From Heteronotia binoei (taxonomy: Eukaryota), in NCBI RefSeq assembly GCF_032191835.1, contig NC_083235.1, positions 55,366,001 to 55,430,000 on the forward strand: 64,000 nt of DNA, given 5' to 3'. Shown piece by piece: positions 50,954 to 64,000 of the stretch. The notes below the pieces were generated by a model. That model did no database searches. It saw only the letters and a program-made list of their open reading frames with translations, and was not told the DNA's origin. How positions within the stretch are numbered: position 1 is the first letter of the stretch; each line of letters opens with the position of its first letter. Made by a program: the position numbers and the translations under genes.

Positions 50954-52384
50954 CTCTACTGGAAACTTACCAAAATTCACAAAAACATTATTCTATCATG
51001 GCCAGGCTTTTGGAATTTGGAATGAGCTACTTTTCTTTTATGTTGGTTGCATCCATTCTGGCTGTTCTGTGATAAAGTGATTTTAATTGTTTTCTTTAGT
51101 TACCTAACCTTTTATTTTCCCTTCTATTACAACAGAAATAATACAAAAACTGCACAGTGTAGCAATTAGAGTATCAGACTAGAGAACGAGAAGGCCCTGA
51201 TTGAAATCCTCAATCTGCCATCACTGGGTGATCTTGGCCTAACCACTCTTCTTCCGCCTAACCTATGTCACAGGTATGTTGTTAGGTGGATAAAATAGAG
51301 AAGGGGAGAATGATGTATGTTGATTTGGGTCCCAACTGAGGAAAAAAACCCTGAAGTATAAATAAAATAAAATTTCTCTATGCCCTTTTACTTACCCTGT
51401 AAGAAAAAGCAAAACAAAGTTAAAACTTGTACTTTAAGTCTCATACTCAAAACACTGGGAGACCCATGAATGGAACTCCTCTCCTGTCTCCTGCTCATGA
51501 CAAATAGCAGTTCTGGCTGAGGTCTGCATGGTTGCAGGACGGAGCCTCCCCCCCTTGTACTCTTCCACTGACTTTAATTGGACTCCCACAGCTGTTATTT
51601 GCCCACAGGGAGATAAAGAGGCAATGATATCAGGGGCTGTATTTTTTTTTCCTCATAAGGCAAATAACAGCTCTGGGAGACCAGTTGCGGTCTGGAAAGG
51701 GGCCCATCTTGACAAATTCTCAATTTTTATTTTCTGTGGAATTATGTGATCTCTCTGTCTTGGATACAGCCTAACAATGTTTGCCAGTGAATCAAAATTC
51801 AGCTCACATTTAGTAATTTTCTTAATGTTAACATTTTCCACAAGGACTGCATTTTAAAACATGCTAACCAAACGTAAATATATTCCAGTTCCATTATGCA
51901 TATTGCTTTTATGAAACTGTTGCTGTTGATTTTATCATGTAAACTGTCCTGAGGACTTTTAAATGGAATGGCCAGTTTAAATTTAATAACCATTGACATC
52001 CTGTTGTAAAACTGACCTTGGTTCTCTTTGGGCCCTAAAAAAAAGTGTGTTCTGTAGCCAGGTACATCCTTGATACTTGATCTCTGCCTGTTCTTGCAGC
52101 CTTTTTTTGTACTTTTAATTTTCCATCCCCATCTTTCCAAATTCTTCCAGGAACCTGAATTTGCTTTGATTACAGGGTTGGGGAACAGATGATACAGTTT
52201 TAACTTCTCTCATGCAAAGTGTGTGGTCACCACCAACCTTGAGCTTTATTATAAGATGAAGACAAATTCTACAACAAATGTATAAAATACAGGCAACACA
52301 CACATACACTCAATCAACATAGCCATGTTCAATTCTGTGCCACCCTGAAAATGCACAGTGCTCTGCTCCAAGATCTACTTAGCA

Positions 52385-52551
52385 TGTTCTGCTCAAGAGC
52401 AGTTCTAGGAGAGCTCTCTCAGCCCCACCTATCTCACAGGGTGTCTGTTGTGGGGAGGGGAAGGGAAAGGAGATTGTAAGCTGCTCTGAGACTCCTTTGG
52501 CTAGTGAAGGGCAGAGGTATAAATCCAATCTCGTCTTCTCTTCTTCTTCTT
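52385..52551 (+). mobile_element. Squam3 SINE, 3' part
   Basis: cctatctcacagggtgtctgttgtgggg...aaatccaatctcgtcttctcttcttcttct. Confidence 0.85.
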
Positions 52552-54339
52552 TGTGATATGGGCATTGATGGGACACAAATTTGGCTATATGTCCTTACAT
52601 TGTTTCCGCTGTTCTGTATTCTCACAAGTATCCTCTACAATTTGTACACAATAATAACACACATGCTGGGAAACACAGCCCACATGTGCATGTACACCTG
52701 CCCAAGCCTGACCATACCACCACATGCCTCCTTGTCTCTGGTTGAAGTCCTCTGCTGTGCTTTCCTCTTGATGGTGCTTCAGACTGGCCCCCACCATCAA
52801 AGGTTGCTCATTCTAATCCTTTCTTTGCCCATCTGCTGTGGCTGTTTATACTCTGCTTGCTAATTAGAGACTAATTAGTGAGTGCAGAAATTCATCACTT
52901 TCCAAACACATAATGGTGGGGAGAAGCCAGAGGCAGCACCAGTAACATCTGTTCTGCAGCTCACAGCCAGAGTGGTCCAGTTAACACGACCAGAAGAGGT
53001 CAGTTCCCACTGTGTTTGCCAAGCATGGACCACTTAAGGGCACCTTTCACCCACTTTGCCCCACAGTTCTGGAAATGCCACCAAATTTTAGCCATACCCA
53101 CTCACTGTTTTCACTCTCATTCTCTTAAAGGCTCCTGAGTTCTGCCCCTCCTTTTCCTTTGCCAATGCCTTTCAGCCTCAATTTATATTCTTATTGTCCC
53201 CAGCTCAGCTCTTAATCACTTCCCCTCCAAATATTTGTTAAAAACCGCACAGGCTGCAAGAAGATGGCTGGTACTTGCAAATGGCCACTTGAACCCATTT
53301 ATCTGCCTACTCCCCAAACTGGATAAGCCCTTTCTTTCCTTAGTGCATTTCTCTGACACCTGCCCCCAAACCTGCCCAAGGTGGCTTACAAAACAAACAC
53401 TAGAAACCTCAGCAGCTGTGTGTGCTTCTTGTGAGGTAAAGTCAAGCTTCCTTTTCCTTCACTGAGATGATATTCAGGAAAACTCAAGATTCCTGGAAAC
53501 TTTTTTAAAAAGTATTTCTTATATAAATGGTATATCACCTGTGCTGTTAAATTATACCCATAACCAATCATTAAAGCAGCTATAACCACGAGTCCTTCTG
53601 TGACATAGTGTTTTCTGTGAGTGTTTTCATGAATGTCGCATGCCTGTGTCACAGGTAGAGGTATATCATGCTCCTCATTTATTTCTCTCTAAAGTGCTCA
53701 CACAGCTGAAAAAGGAAAACACATCACAGGTCCTATTTTTTTAATTCCTATGAGACTTGACACTTGTTCTCTGACAAGTATGACCCCTTAAGTGACTTTT
53801 TTGAAGATCATCTAAAAAACCCTGAAACAGATCAGAATTTCAAGAAGGAGCTCAAAGGCAGATGTGACAGCGTCACCATTGGGATGACCGCAGAATGACA
53901 TTGAGAAATTTGTATCAAACCCCCAAACCAACAAGATCAAAAACATGCCATGCAAGGAAGTGGAAGAATGCCAGACTTGCCAACAAGTGGATATTATTCT
54001 ATTAAGGCATTACGTTAAAAACTAAACTTTCAGAAAAGATGTCCCTCAGAAATGGGAAATTCAAGGAAGTCCAATCAGCAAAGGCACAGGCAACAGAAAC
54101 TTTGAGCCTACTGGATCCCTATTTGTATTTTTTTATCCAGCTTTTCTCCTCACCTGCTGCTAGTCATGTTGTTGCATGATGTTTTGAGTTGCTATGGGAA
54201 CCCAAAATGCTGCCCAAGCTCTGAGCTGGATTTGTTTAATGCTTATACATGGGTCTTACCCCAAGATTTTTGGTTTTTTGGGTTGTGTGTGTTAAATGAA
54301 GATTTTTTTTTTCCTGCAAACTTTTGGGTCCCTTGGATT

Positions 54340-54615
54340 TATTGAACTCAGTATTGCAGTCCAAGCTCTGCTCATGAGCTAAGTTTGACCCTGGTGGAAG
54401 CTGGGTTCAGGTAACCAGCTCACGGTTGACTCAGCCTCCCATCCTTCCAAGGTCAGTAAAATGAGTACCCAGCTTGCTGGGGGGAAAGTGTAGATGACTG
54501 GGGAAGGCAATGGCAAACCACACCATAAAAGTCTGCCATGAAAACGTCATGAGGCAATGTCACCCCAGAGTCGGAAACGACTGATGCTTGCACAGAGGTC
54601 TACCTTTACCTTTAC
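54340..54615 (+). mobile_element. Sauria SINE
   Basis: ggttgactcagcc...gaaggcaatggcaaaccac...cttgcacag...acctttacctttacc. Confidence 0.9.
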
Positions 54616-56514
54616 CCTGTAGTCATGGCTGGTTCCAGCATGTAGATTTGCCTATCCACATGGATGCTAGCTCTCTTTGGCTCTTAAATATATAAATGCT
54701 TCAAGTAACAAAATAAACTAAAATGACAACAACAACACATAGTTTCTACTATGCCTAATAGTGTACCAAACACATTTTGCCCAGTTTGCCCTGCCTGTTC
54801 AGACACATATGAATAGTTGTGCTGATTGCCGCCCTGCCCCCACTTAGCTACCCTCAGCCATAAGCATCTCCTGCTTGATCAAACTGTCTCAGACATGAAG
54901 ATGCTAAGAGGATCTGGGTGGGGTGGAAGAGGGAGTCATAATAGCGGGATGAGAATGAAAAAAAAAAAGTGGTAGAATTGTCTCCGGTCCCTTTTGTCCC
55001 TGCTGGCCTTTTAATACTAGAGGGGACTAATCTCTCCTAATGGGATCAAGATCTTTCCCACTTTATTTACATAACAGGCATTCTGTGCCTTATCCTGTGC
55101 ATTAGTAGAGGAGGAGTGAAGCATTAGGTATATAGGGCAGGAGAGCATTGGGGCAACCCAAGGATCACTCTGATAGTGGGTAATGGAACTTAATACCACC
55201 TATAATGAGTCACGGAAGAGAGAAAGAGTGGACTGATTGTCGCCACCATTCCTAGTAAATCCCTTCGTACAGAGGAGACAGCAGCTTCTAAGCCTGCAAA
55301 AATAATGCAGATTCCCTGCCAGGCAGCCAAATGGACAAGGCTGCTAACAAGGCAGATGAATCAAAAGTCCATCAAAGGGGATTAAAAATTCCTCTGTTCT
55401 GCTACACACCAACCCACCCATCAGCCACACACACATACGCACACACAGCGGCCCAGTTCTATAGAGAAGCTACTTTTATGGTTAGGTCGGGTTGCTATGT
55501 GGACAAAGGCAGTGACAAACCAAATCTACTTGTCTGTTGCCTGCAACTCTTTGTGGATGGGGTCACCATGAGCTGGTTGCAACTTGACAGCCAGGCCTGA
55601 AGCAATGGGGGGGGGGGCTGATGGGGGCACTGCCCCCTGACTTCCAGGCACAGTCTGTTCCCCCCCCCCCCCGTTTTTTCCCTCTTTTTTGTCATGGCTG
55701 AGCTGATGAAGCATCATCAGTGGCAGCCAGAGCTGGGAAAGCTGAGCAGGGCACAGTGCACTGCAGCAGCAAAAGTAGCAGCCAAGGGTTGCCAAGTCCC
55801 CCACCTCCGGCCTATTGTACCATAGTTTTTCCCTCCCAAATTGCTAGAGCGTCTGGGAAAACCATAGAGTTTTCCTGGAAACACCTAGAGTGGCAGGCGC
55901 ACGGTGTTGCCAGTGCAATGACGTCACTTCCAGGTGACATTGTCACGCCAGCGACATCAGGGGAGGTTCCCACCATCGGCCCAATGTGGGCCGGTGGGTT
56001 GAGAACCTCCAAGGTTGAAGAACCCCTGCCCAGCCCGGGGGCTTAGCAGCCCTAGGCAGAGAGGAGGGAGGCAGAGGACCAGGAGGTGGAGTAAGCCATG
56101 TGGAATGGGCTGGGGAGGGGGGGATGAATGGTGCTGCTGGCTGCAAAGTGTGGGAGAGGGAGGTGGAAGGAAACCCCACTGCTTGCACTCAAGGTGATTG
56201 CAAAGTTTTAGGGTTGGCTGCATCGACTTGGTCACTTTCAGAGCCTTCAGCTTTTGCCCCTACCCAGAAAGCTTCTGAGAAGTGGCAAGCCCCACAGTGG
56301 ATGGGAAAGGGTGTCCCCCAACTTTTAAAAAGGCCCCCTTTTAAAATCCTGGCTACAGTGCTGTTGACAGCATGTTTTTCCATCAGTGCAAGTGCCTTGT
56401 TCACAGAATGGAAAAGACACTAAGGTGGATGCATGTCCTAGGGCCCAGCATGTGACAAAATCTTGGCTATGGCAGGTGTGAGATAGTGAATGGAAGGAAA
56501 ATGTATGATGGAGA

Positions 56515-56733
56515 TAGGGTTGCCAGCCTCCAGGTGGGGCCTGGTGATCTCCTGTTTTTACAACTGATCTCCAGCTGGCAGAGATCAGCTTCCCTGAAGA
56601 AAATGGCAGCTTTGAAGGGTGGACTCGATGGCATTGGACCATGCTGAGGCCCCTCCCCTGTCCCAACCCCACCATCTCCCACATCCATTCCCAAAATCTC
56701 CAGGTATTTTCTGTCACAGACCCGGCAACCCTA
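56515..56733. mobile_element. 219-bp hAT MITE
   Basis: tagggttgccag / ccggcaacccta; TSD gatggaga / gatgggga (7/8). Confidence 0.85.
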
Positions 56734-59299
56734 GATGGGGAAAAGAGACTGGGAAGGGAATTAGGACCAGCATTAGGGAAAGGCACTGATCTGCCTTGCC
56801 TCTTGGTACGTTGTTACTTTGCGTTGCTCACAGCACGTGTGCACTGGTTCCTCCCAGCTCTTCAGTATTAAAAGCACACCTCAGAGGCACATGGACTGAG
56901 GTTTTTCAAAAGTTATTTTGTCCCCCTAAAGACATGTGTATGGCATGGCTTCATCTCTGTCAGGAACCCTTTCTCTCTTAGTGCCTTTCAGGAAACATTT
57001 TACCAATTCATTCATGTCTCCTGTTGCATCTCCTTGTAAATAATCAAGACCATCACCCTTCCCCCATAGCTAACATCTCATTGTGGAGCTTGGGAAAGTC
57101 AAAGGGAGGAGAAGGGCATTGCAAGTACTGCATACAAATGACAGCTATGATGCTGTAAGGTTTTTTTTCTCCCCCCCCCCCACCGCACCGTTCCCCAAAC
57201 ATATTTTTGTGGCGGAATAAGATGAAGCAAGGCAATTTGCTCTTCTTTAAAGCAGGATGCAATTTTCAGCATGGTAGCTCTGCAACTGCGCCGAGTCCAA
57301 ATTATTTTAATGCTATCTAGAGACCAGCCTCTTTGCAAATCAGTCCTATAGCCATCACGAGCCCCAATCCAGCTGCTAGGTCCAGTAACTCCACTGTGAG
57401 TTGCAGGTAATGTATACTTAAGCTGCTTCATGGATCTCTGCTCACTTATGAAGAGTATTGACCTGGCCATATGTACCCTCAAAAAAGACACCCCCGGGGT
57501 GATTTGTTAGTGGTAGATAATTTTGAACAGCCTGTGTGTCAGAAGAGGAAGGAGGGCGATGGAGAGAGGTCCATTAGCAAGGCAATGTGTGCAAGCGATA
57601 AGGGATACTCTTTTGAGTTCTGGTGGAAGCATTAGGCTTTCTTTTATGCCTGTTTGCACAGCATTGAGAACTGGAGAGTGGGGGTGGAAGTAGAGCCAGT
57701 GCAGCACAAGGAAGAAATGCCAGCTTAGGGCCTACAGTCCTGGTTCCAGCTTTGTTGCAAAGAAATTGTTAGCAAGGTCAGGTTCTCCTTAACAATGACT
57801 TTGGTTTTTGTTCCACATCTTTAGAATGAGACTGGAGATAGACAATAGCTTTTAAGTGAGTAAAAAGGGCTTGAGAAAGGCACTGCTTCTCAGAGTGAAC
57901 AAAGTTCCATTGTTGCCTCTGGTCAAACAGAATCTGCAGGGTTTTGAAACAATAACAGACTTACCAGAGGCAAAGTAGGATGATTGCATACATACCGCAA
58001 GCAGCAGTCCTTCTTTTAAACCATACAACTCTCAAGAAAAAAGACTTAAACATCTGGCTCTACCCTGAGATTTATTCATGAGCCAAGCTGAGGTTCTGTG
58101 CCAGTTCCTGAAGTGTGATTTTTTTTCCCATTTATTTTTCATCAGGTTCACTAAGATTCCTCTATACCCTAGATAATTCACTAAAAAGGGGGAAAGGGTT
58201 CACGTACATGAATGGGAATTTACGCTGGGTGTTAGGCTGCATCCACCTGGTGACAATTTTTAATGGTCCTTCTCATTGCCACTGCAAATGTAGATGTATT
58301 CACAGTGGCAACACAACTTCTGTACAGTAGGGTCCCACACGTTTTCCTTGCCACAGCCCCACTCTTCTCTGGCCCCTATTACCCACCCCACATCACCACT
58401 GGAGGGCTTTTACAGGCTTCCCCCCCCCCCAAAGAAGCTTTGAATGCAATCTTACTGAAGAGATTGTGCCAAACTAGGTTTTAGAATGAATGCAACAAGC
58501 AGGGGAAAACACAGAAAGTGGACAATTTGGTGACAACATCATGTAGAGGCTCTTAAAACTCTGCTCCAGTTTAGAAACAAAACCAGAGCGAAAACCTGGA
58601 TGCGGGAGGACAGCAGCCCCAGATGGTTCTTTCTTGCAAGCCAAAAATTGCCATATGGTTAAATTTTGAGAGATGTACTGTTTCCTCGGAATGATTGTCA
58701 GGTTTGTCAATTTTAAAATTTAACAAGTTTAGCATTGTGCATGACACTGTACATAAGAGGGTAGGATTAAAAAGGTTATGGCTTTGGAAATTTGAAAGTT
58801 TCTCAGGTTTGCTCCCTCTTGTCCAGTGTTCTCATGAATGGATCTACCATTACCTTCCAACTTCCTGCATACGCTAAATCTGTATCAGTATCTCCATGGT
58901 TAGTTTAATCTCAGCACATCTGTCGGGTGTGAAAGTTAGCTGGGTAGCTCCAGTGGTCAACAGCTGCAAATAGCAATCCCTTGCCAGCTACTGAGTTGGT
59001 GGCACCTCACAACAGCTGTTAAAGAGCATCATGATCTGTCTGCTCTGGGCAGGGAGCCAAGAATTTAGAAAATGTAAGGAATCTCAAGGGTCATCTAGCC
59101 CAATCCTTTGCAATGGCAAGATTCCCTTCAGCTCATCCACCTTTTACAGATACAAATGTCTATGGAGGAAGATACCAGAAGAAGCCGCGGAAAGACAATA
59201 GGGAATCTGGATACACAGGCAAGGAGACAGAATTAAAAAGGTGTGCTGATCAGGTGGGGAGAGAAAAGACATTAAGAAATATAGAGATCCTTGGCAGAT

Positions 59300-59460
59300 A
59301 GATTCAAGTCCAGGAGCATCTTTAAAACCAACAAGATATGTAATGTATCAACTTTCGAGAATCAAAACTCCCTGACTTTTGAAAGCTTATACCCCAAAAG
59401 TCTTGTTGGTCTCTAAGGTGCTACTGGACTTGAATGTAGCTGTTCCACTGCAGATCAACA
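59300..59460. mobile_element. Palindromic Penelope-derived element
   Basis: Inverted arms attcaagtccaggagcatctttaaaaccaacaaga / tcttgttggtctctaaggtgctactggacttgaat; residual (c/t)gaaag on both strands. Confidence 0.65.
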
Positions 59461-60038
59461 TGAAAACTAAACTAAACTAAACTAAAATAAAATAGAATTA
59501 TAGAAATGGTGGTGGAAATTGGCGGTGCAAAGCACCATACAGTTGCAGCCAACCTCTGGTGACTCCTTGGGGTTTTCCAGGCAAGAGACAGTTAGAAGTG
59601 GTTTGCCATAGCCTGTTTGCTTCTGCATCTCAATCCTGAACCTTCTTGGTTGTCTCCCACCTAAGTAGCCCTCTTTAGCTTCTGAGATCTGCTGACAAGG
59701 TTGGGATACACTGAAAGAATATAGATAAGAGGGTTACAGTGACTCATGCTTCTAATAACTGTGTGTTGAAATGAAAACAAGCTGGGGCGGGGTTTACCAT
59801 TAGAACTGGACATTTTGTCACCTCCTGGTCTAATTATGTAAATGAATGCACTTGCCTGAGGCTGCGTTCCCTCCTGTGCATGTCCACCAACTGCCCTCAG
59901 ATCACTCTTCCATGTTACCCCTTCTTCTTGTCTTTACTGATTCTTTTTACATTCCACAATTCCAACCCACAATCCTCCTGCTACGTCTATCCACCCCATC
60001 TTTCTCAGCCAGCAGCTCTTTGTAGACCATCATCCCAC

Positions 60039-60559
60039 TTAAGGTTACCAAGTCCAATTCAAGAAATATCTGGGGTCTTTGGGGGTGGAGTCAAGAGACA
60101 TTGCGAGTGAAGCCAAGAGACATTGCGGGTGGAGCCAGGAGACATTGGGGGTAGAGCCAGGACCCAGGTTCTGATAAGCATAATTGAACTCAGAAGGGAG
60201 TTCTGGTCATTACTTTTAAATGCCTTCCCCCCATTGGAAATAATGAAGGATAGGGCACCTTCTATTGGGTCTCATAGAACTGGACCTCTTGGTCCAATCT
60301 TTTTGAAACTTGGAGGGTGTTTTGAGGAGAGGTATTGGATGCTATGCTGAAAATCTGGTGCCTTTTCCTAAAAAAAAACAGCCCTCCCAGAGCCCAAGAT
60401 ATCCACAGATCCTCCATTTTACCCTATGGGAATCGGTCTCTCTAGGGAATAATGGAGTGCCCAGGAGACATCCCCCCTTGCTTTCTGATGACCCTGAAGC
60501 AGAGGAAGGGTTTCCAAACCGGAGGATCCCCTGCCTTCAGCTACAGATTGGTAACCCTA
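60039..60559. mobile_element. hAT Blackjack-like MITE
   Basis: TIRs taaggttaccaa / ttggtaacccta; TSD atcccact / ttcccact. Confidence 0.88.
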
Positions 60560-62764
60560 TTCCCACTGCATCTGCTCCATGACCTCTTTGTCCACAGTTC
60601 TGCAGATGACCCTTAGCAACACTCACAGGCAGTCTTCATCTGACCCAGCCCTGGCAGTCCCAGATCCATTTGCTTTCTAAGCTCTTGTCTTTCACCTTTG
60701 GTCCTGCACTCACACAGTTCTGTGAATGCCCCTCAACCCCACCTGGAAGGCATCATCCATACTATTAAATATTCAGAACTAGCTTCCTGGTGTGTTCTCA
60801 CACACAATTTGATACAAAATGTAAGAAGAGAGTGGCAAAGAGGGAATAGGGAACTTTTAAGCTGTTTGAATGCATTGGCTGCAAATGCAAATCTATCAAG
60901 ACATTGTTAGCTGAAGGACAGAAGGGTCTGGTTGCCCTATGGTTGAAATAACTGAGAGATCCTTGACAGCCATAGAGCTCACCCCAGGCTACCAAACAGA
61001 CACAAGCTGTACTTCTTTCACACTAAATGCTGGCTGGTGCTTGGGAAATCTTACTGGCTGGAAAGTTGTCCTAATACATTCGGGGGGGTAGCTGTGATTC
61101 CATTAGCTGAGTCTCTGTTAGATGCGAGTGTGAGGAACAGCTCTGATAAACACTTTTGAAAGCTCACAAATGCTTGTACTGTGGAATGCAAACCATATAC
61201 TATAGGTGAGTGGCACACAGTGAGGGATTTCTGCCCCCATTCCCCCCACCCCTGGAGATGCCTTTGAAGGAAACTGAGGGTTTTTACTTTCCTATGCTGA
61301 GCATCAATTAATCTCTGTATAATTTCCTATTTTTTTAAAAAAAACGTTCTAAATTTATCTTCTAGTTGTTTACTTCCACCCAGTACCTATTTGCAAGTGA
61401 ATATGAAACATCTTGTATATATCAGTGAACAGGAGTGAAAGGAACTTGAAGTTTTGCTAGTTTTACTAGTACAGTTATTCTTAGGGAGGGGGGGGGGCTC
61501 AAAGAACAACACAATGGGAGACATTACTATGCCCTTTTTAATACCAATGCTATGTACCAGCCCATACAGACCTTCCCCCCACCCAAACAAGTGAAAATTC
61601 TGTTGATGAATGCAAGGGTCTGTTTATTAGAGTGAATAGACAGCAAATATTGTTTTAGAAAGAATGCTACTTCATTCTCTTCACCTCCCCCCTTAACCTT
61701 TGCTGGATTGATCTTTCCTGGCTGTAGATCAAGAATGTTCCTTTCTACAGTTTTCTTCACTGTTTCCAGTGTTTCTGCTCAGGGTCTTGGGGAGGGGACA
61801 ATTGCTGCTTGTCTCTATGAATTCTATTGCAGGACTCTCATGAACTTCCAGGGCAGGGGGTCCCAAAATGTGTTGAGCCTGTGGGCACCTTTGGAATTCT
61901 CACACAGGGTGGTAGGCATAACTACAAAATGGTTGACTGAAGAGACCAAGCTGCACGTATGGAGGAAGTCTAAGTGCAGGGGAGAAGGGGGATAATTTAA
62001 AAAAATATACTGGGAAAGAGGGTTGGGACAGAATACAAACTACACTGTGGTGGTAGCTCCCACTGAAACAACATTATTTCTATCTGCACTGCCAATCAGA
62101 TCTCCAGTAGCCAACTGGAAGCCCTGCTAGACAGGATCCCTATACGGCCACACCAACTTTCTTTTTTCCTCTATTGCTGGAGAGACTCACACCAAGGCTC
62201 ATGAAACATATCACTCTGAGTTAACATAAATAAAATATTTGTCAGCTAAAACAGCACAGGCTTTGTCTCGGAAAACTGTTAGATACCCTTGCATCACTTC
62301 CTTCTGGTAACACCTCAGAAGTTGCCATTACTGATACATATTACAGGAAAATCAAACACTGCCAAGTGAGAAAGACTTCTTGAAATCTGTTAAAATTGCA
62401 CCAAATCTGTTCCAAGAATTGGCACACTGAGAAAATAAAATATTGGGTTTTGAAATAGTCCAAGAAAATATTTTATTCATACAAACCAGGGAAACCAAGA
62501 GGGCAGGTTGATGTTCACCGAGTAGGCTGAATGTGCTATCAAGAGGATCATGGGTAGAAAAGCCAACTTCAGTGTGGAAATCACCATGGAGGCAGCATCA
62601 GGAATGCCAGTTGGGTATGTGTACAGAAGTCCCCTAGAAGGTACAGTGGTTTCCTGTGTAATTCTGATGGAGAGGGAAGTGAACAAGAGATGCTGAGAAC
62701 CATGATGTATAGACAGCCAAGAAGCTACAGTAACCTGCTGTGTACTGTTTGCCTTCAAAATCCT

Positions 62765-62977
62765 TGGGGATGGGATATGGTTCAGCAGTAGAGCACATGC
62801 TTTGCATGTAGAAGGTCCTAAATTCAGTCCCCAGCATCTCCAGTTAGAAGAGTATCACAAGACATGGCTGAGAAAGGGCTCTACCTGAGGCCTTAGAGAA
62901 TTGCAAATAGCCAGAATAGACAATACTGATGTAGATGGATCAGTAGCCTGACATCATATGGCAGCTTCCTGTGTTCA
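62765..62977 (+). mobile_element. tRNA-derived SINE with CR1-like tail
   Basis: Same family as 29565; tail gacaatactgatgtagatgga...ggcagcttcctgtgttc. Confidence 0.75.
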
Positions 62978-63257
62978 TATTTTTGAAGTATATGTGGATG
63001 GTCTGTCAGTGAAACACATGCCCAAGTGGACATGCTGGCTGATTCTAAACACAAATACAAAATAATCGCCCACTCATAATAGCAATTATAAAGCCTGATA
63101 GTATGAACTTCTTTCTGTATCACAAGGTGACACAAGCTGTGTGACTGGAAAGCTATTCACTTGGAAGGATTTATCTGTCACAGGCATGAGTGAGAGTGGC
63201 TAACAGTAAGGCCAGTTAGCAATGTAGAAAGATGTAAGTATGCAGAGATGTGTAAGT

Positions 63258-63335
63258 AGGTTTATTTTATTTATTTATTTTATTCGATTTATATCCCGCC
63301 CTCCCCACCGAAGTGGGCTCAGGGCGGCTTACAAC
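63258..63335 (-). mobile_element. LINE/SINE 3' tail fragment (L2-like)
   Basis: Revcomp gtaagccgccctgagccc...gggcgggatataaatcgaataaaataaataaat. Confidence 0.7.
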
Positions 63336-63554
63336 AGAAAAAAAGCTAACAGAGATCAATTTAAATACGTTAATAATTATACAATAGGTATGGGCACAAA
63401 CCACATCACAAAGCAAAATTATCATGAATTTTGTTCTGTTAGTGAAGGATCTATCGTCATGAACTTCCACAAACTTTTAAAATGGTTCATGGAGGTTCAA
63501 GAATAGAGCAGAGTCCCTTAAACTCCTGCTTTCTGTTCTCCATGAAAGCCGCAT

Positions 63555-64000
63555 AAACAGCTGAGCCTCAGAGAAGCTCTTTTTAAAGCAACTGCAGAAG
63601 ACAGCCTGAAAGAATGCTGAGTGAAGGGGGGGCACTCCTTGTGGCTCAGCTGTTTTGGGCTGTCCTGTGCAATCCCTTTGAACTTTAAGGGGACCACAGA
63701 AGACAGCCTGAAGAACAGCTGAGTGGTGGGAGACACTCCCTACTTCTCAGCTGTTTTGGACTGTCTTGAACTGGTTTGGATATTGTTCTTGTCCCTTAGT
63801 CTGCACCCACTACAAAAGAAAATCAGCTGAGTGGCAGGGAAGACCACTCAGTTGCTTTGAGCTGTTTTGTACAGTCCTTTTAAAGCGTCTCCCATTGCTC
63901 AGTTGTTTTTCTGGCTGTTTAAAGAGGCTGCACATAAAACAGCCTGAAATAACTGAGCTGCAGGTGGCACATTGCTCCTCGTTGCTCAGTAGTTTTTCTG
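63555..64000. repeat. Array of alternating inverted ~22-nt arms forming hairpins; runs off the window end
   Basis: Arm A ~GACAGCCTGAA(G)AACAGCTGAG and arm A' ~CTCAGCTGTTTTGG(G/A)CTGTC alternate about nine times. Confidence 0.8.

Larger units (their letters stand above)
1793..64000 (-). other. SDK2: Probable SDK2 intron 1 (signal-peptide exon lies beyond the window)
   Basis: No signal-peptide exon or CpG-island promoter is visible upstream of the exon. Inference from the long first intron of vertebrate SDK2. Confidence 0.65.

Noticed and set aside
8445-60567. A at position 6 in 7 of 9 TSDs of the TAGGG-type MITEs
   Set aside because: Post-hoc pattern across 32 position/base combinations with n=9 and no symmetric T at position 3; not significant.

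Overview
Vertebrate (squamate, very probably gecko) genomic DNA. The only host protein-coding sequence I can support is one 160-bp minus-strand exon of SDK2 (sidekick-2, first Ig domain) at 1633-1792. The remaining ~62 kb upstream is most likely SDK2 intron 1, densely filled with transposons: L1, CR1, RTE-BovB and L2 LINEs; Squam3, Sauria, 5S-headed and tRNA/CR1-tail SINEs; many hAT MITEs with readable 8-bp TSDs; Penelope-like remnants; and a Gypsy derivative. Most unusual structures: (1) a Gypsy pol fragment bracketed by two 312-bp LTRs in INVERTED orientation (34669-36150); (2) a 5'-complete L1 with a 20-bp TSD but lacking its endonuclease, and carrying an in-frame 33-bp micro-insertion; (3) a three-level nest of hAT elements with tandem-array cargo (24688-26545); (4) a 152-bp inverted repeat around a Penelope-like 3' end; (5) an array of alternating inverted arms forming ~65-nt hairpins at the window end. 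Repeat-family names and the SDK2 call come from my recall of consensus sequences, not from database searches. Boundaries of elements without TSDs are approximate.
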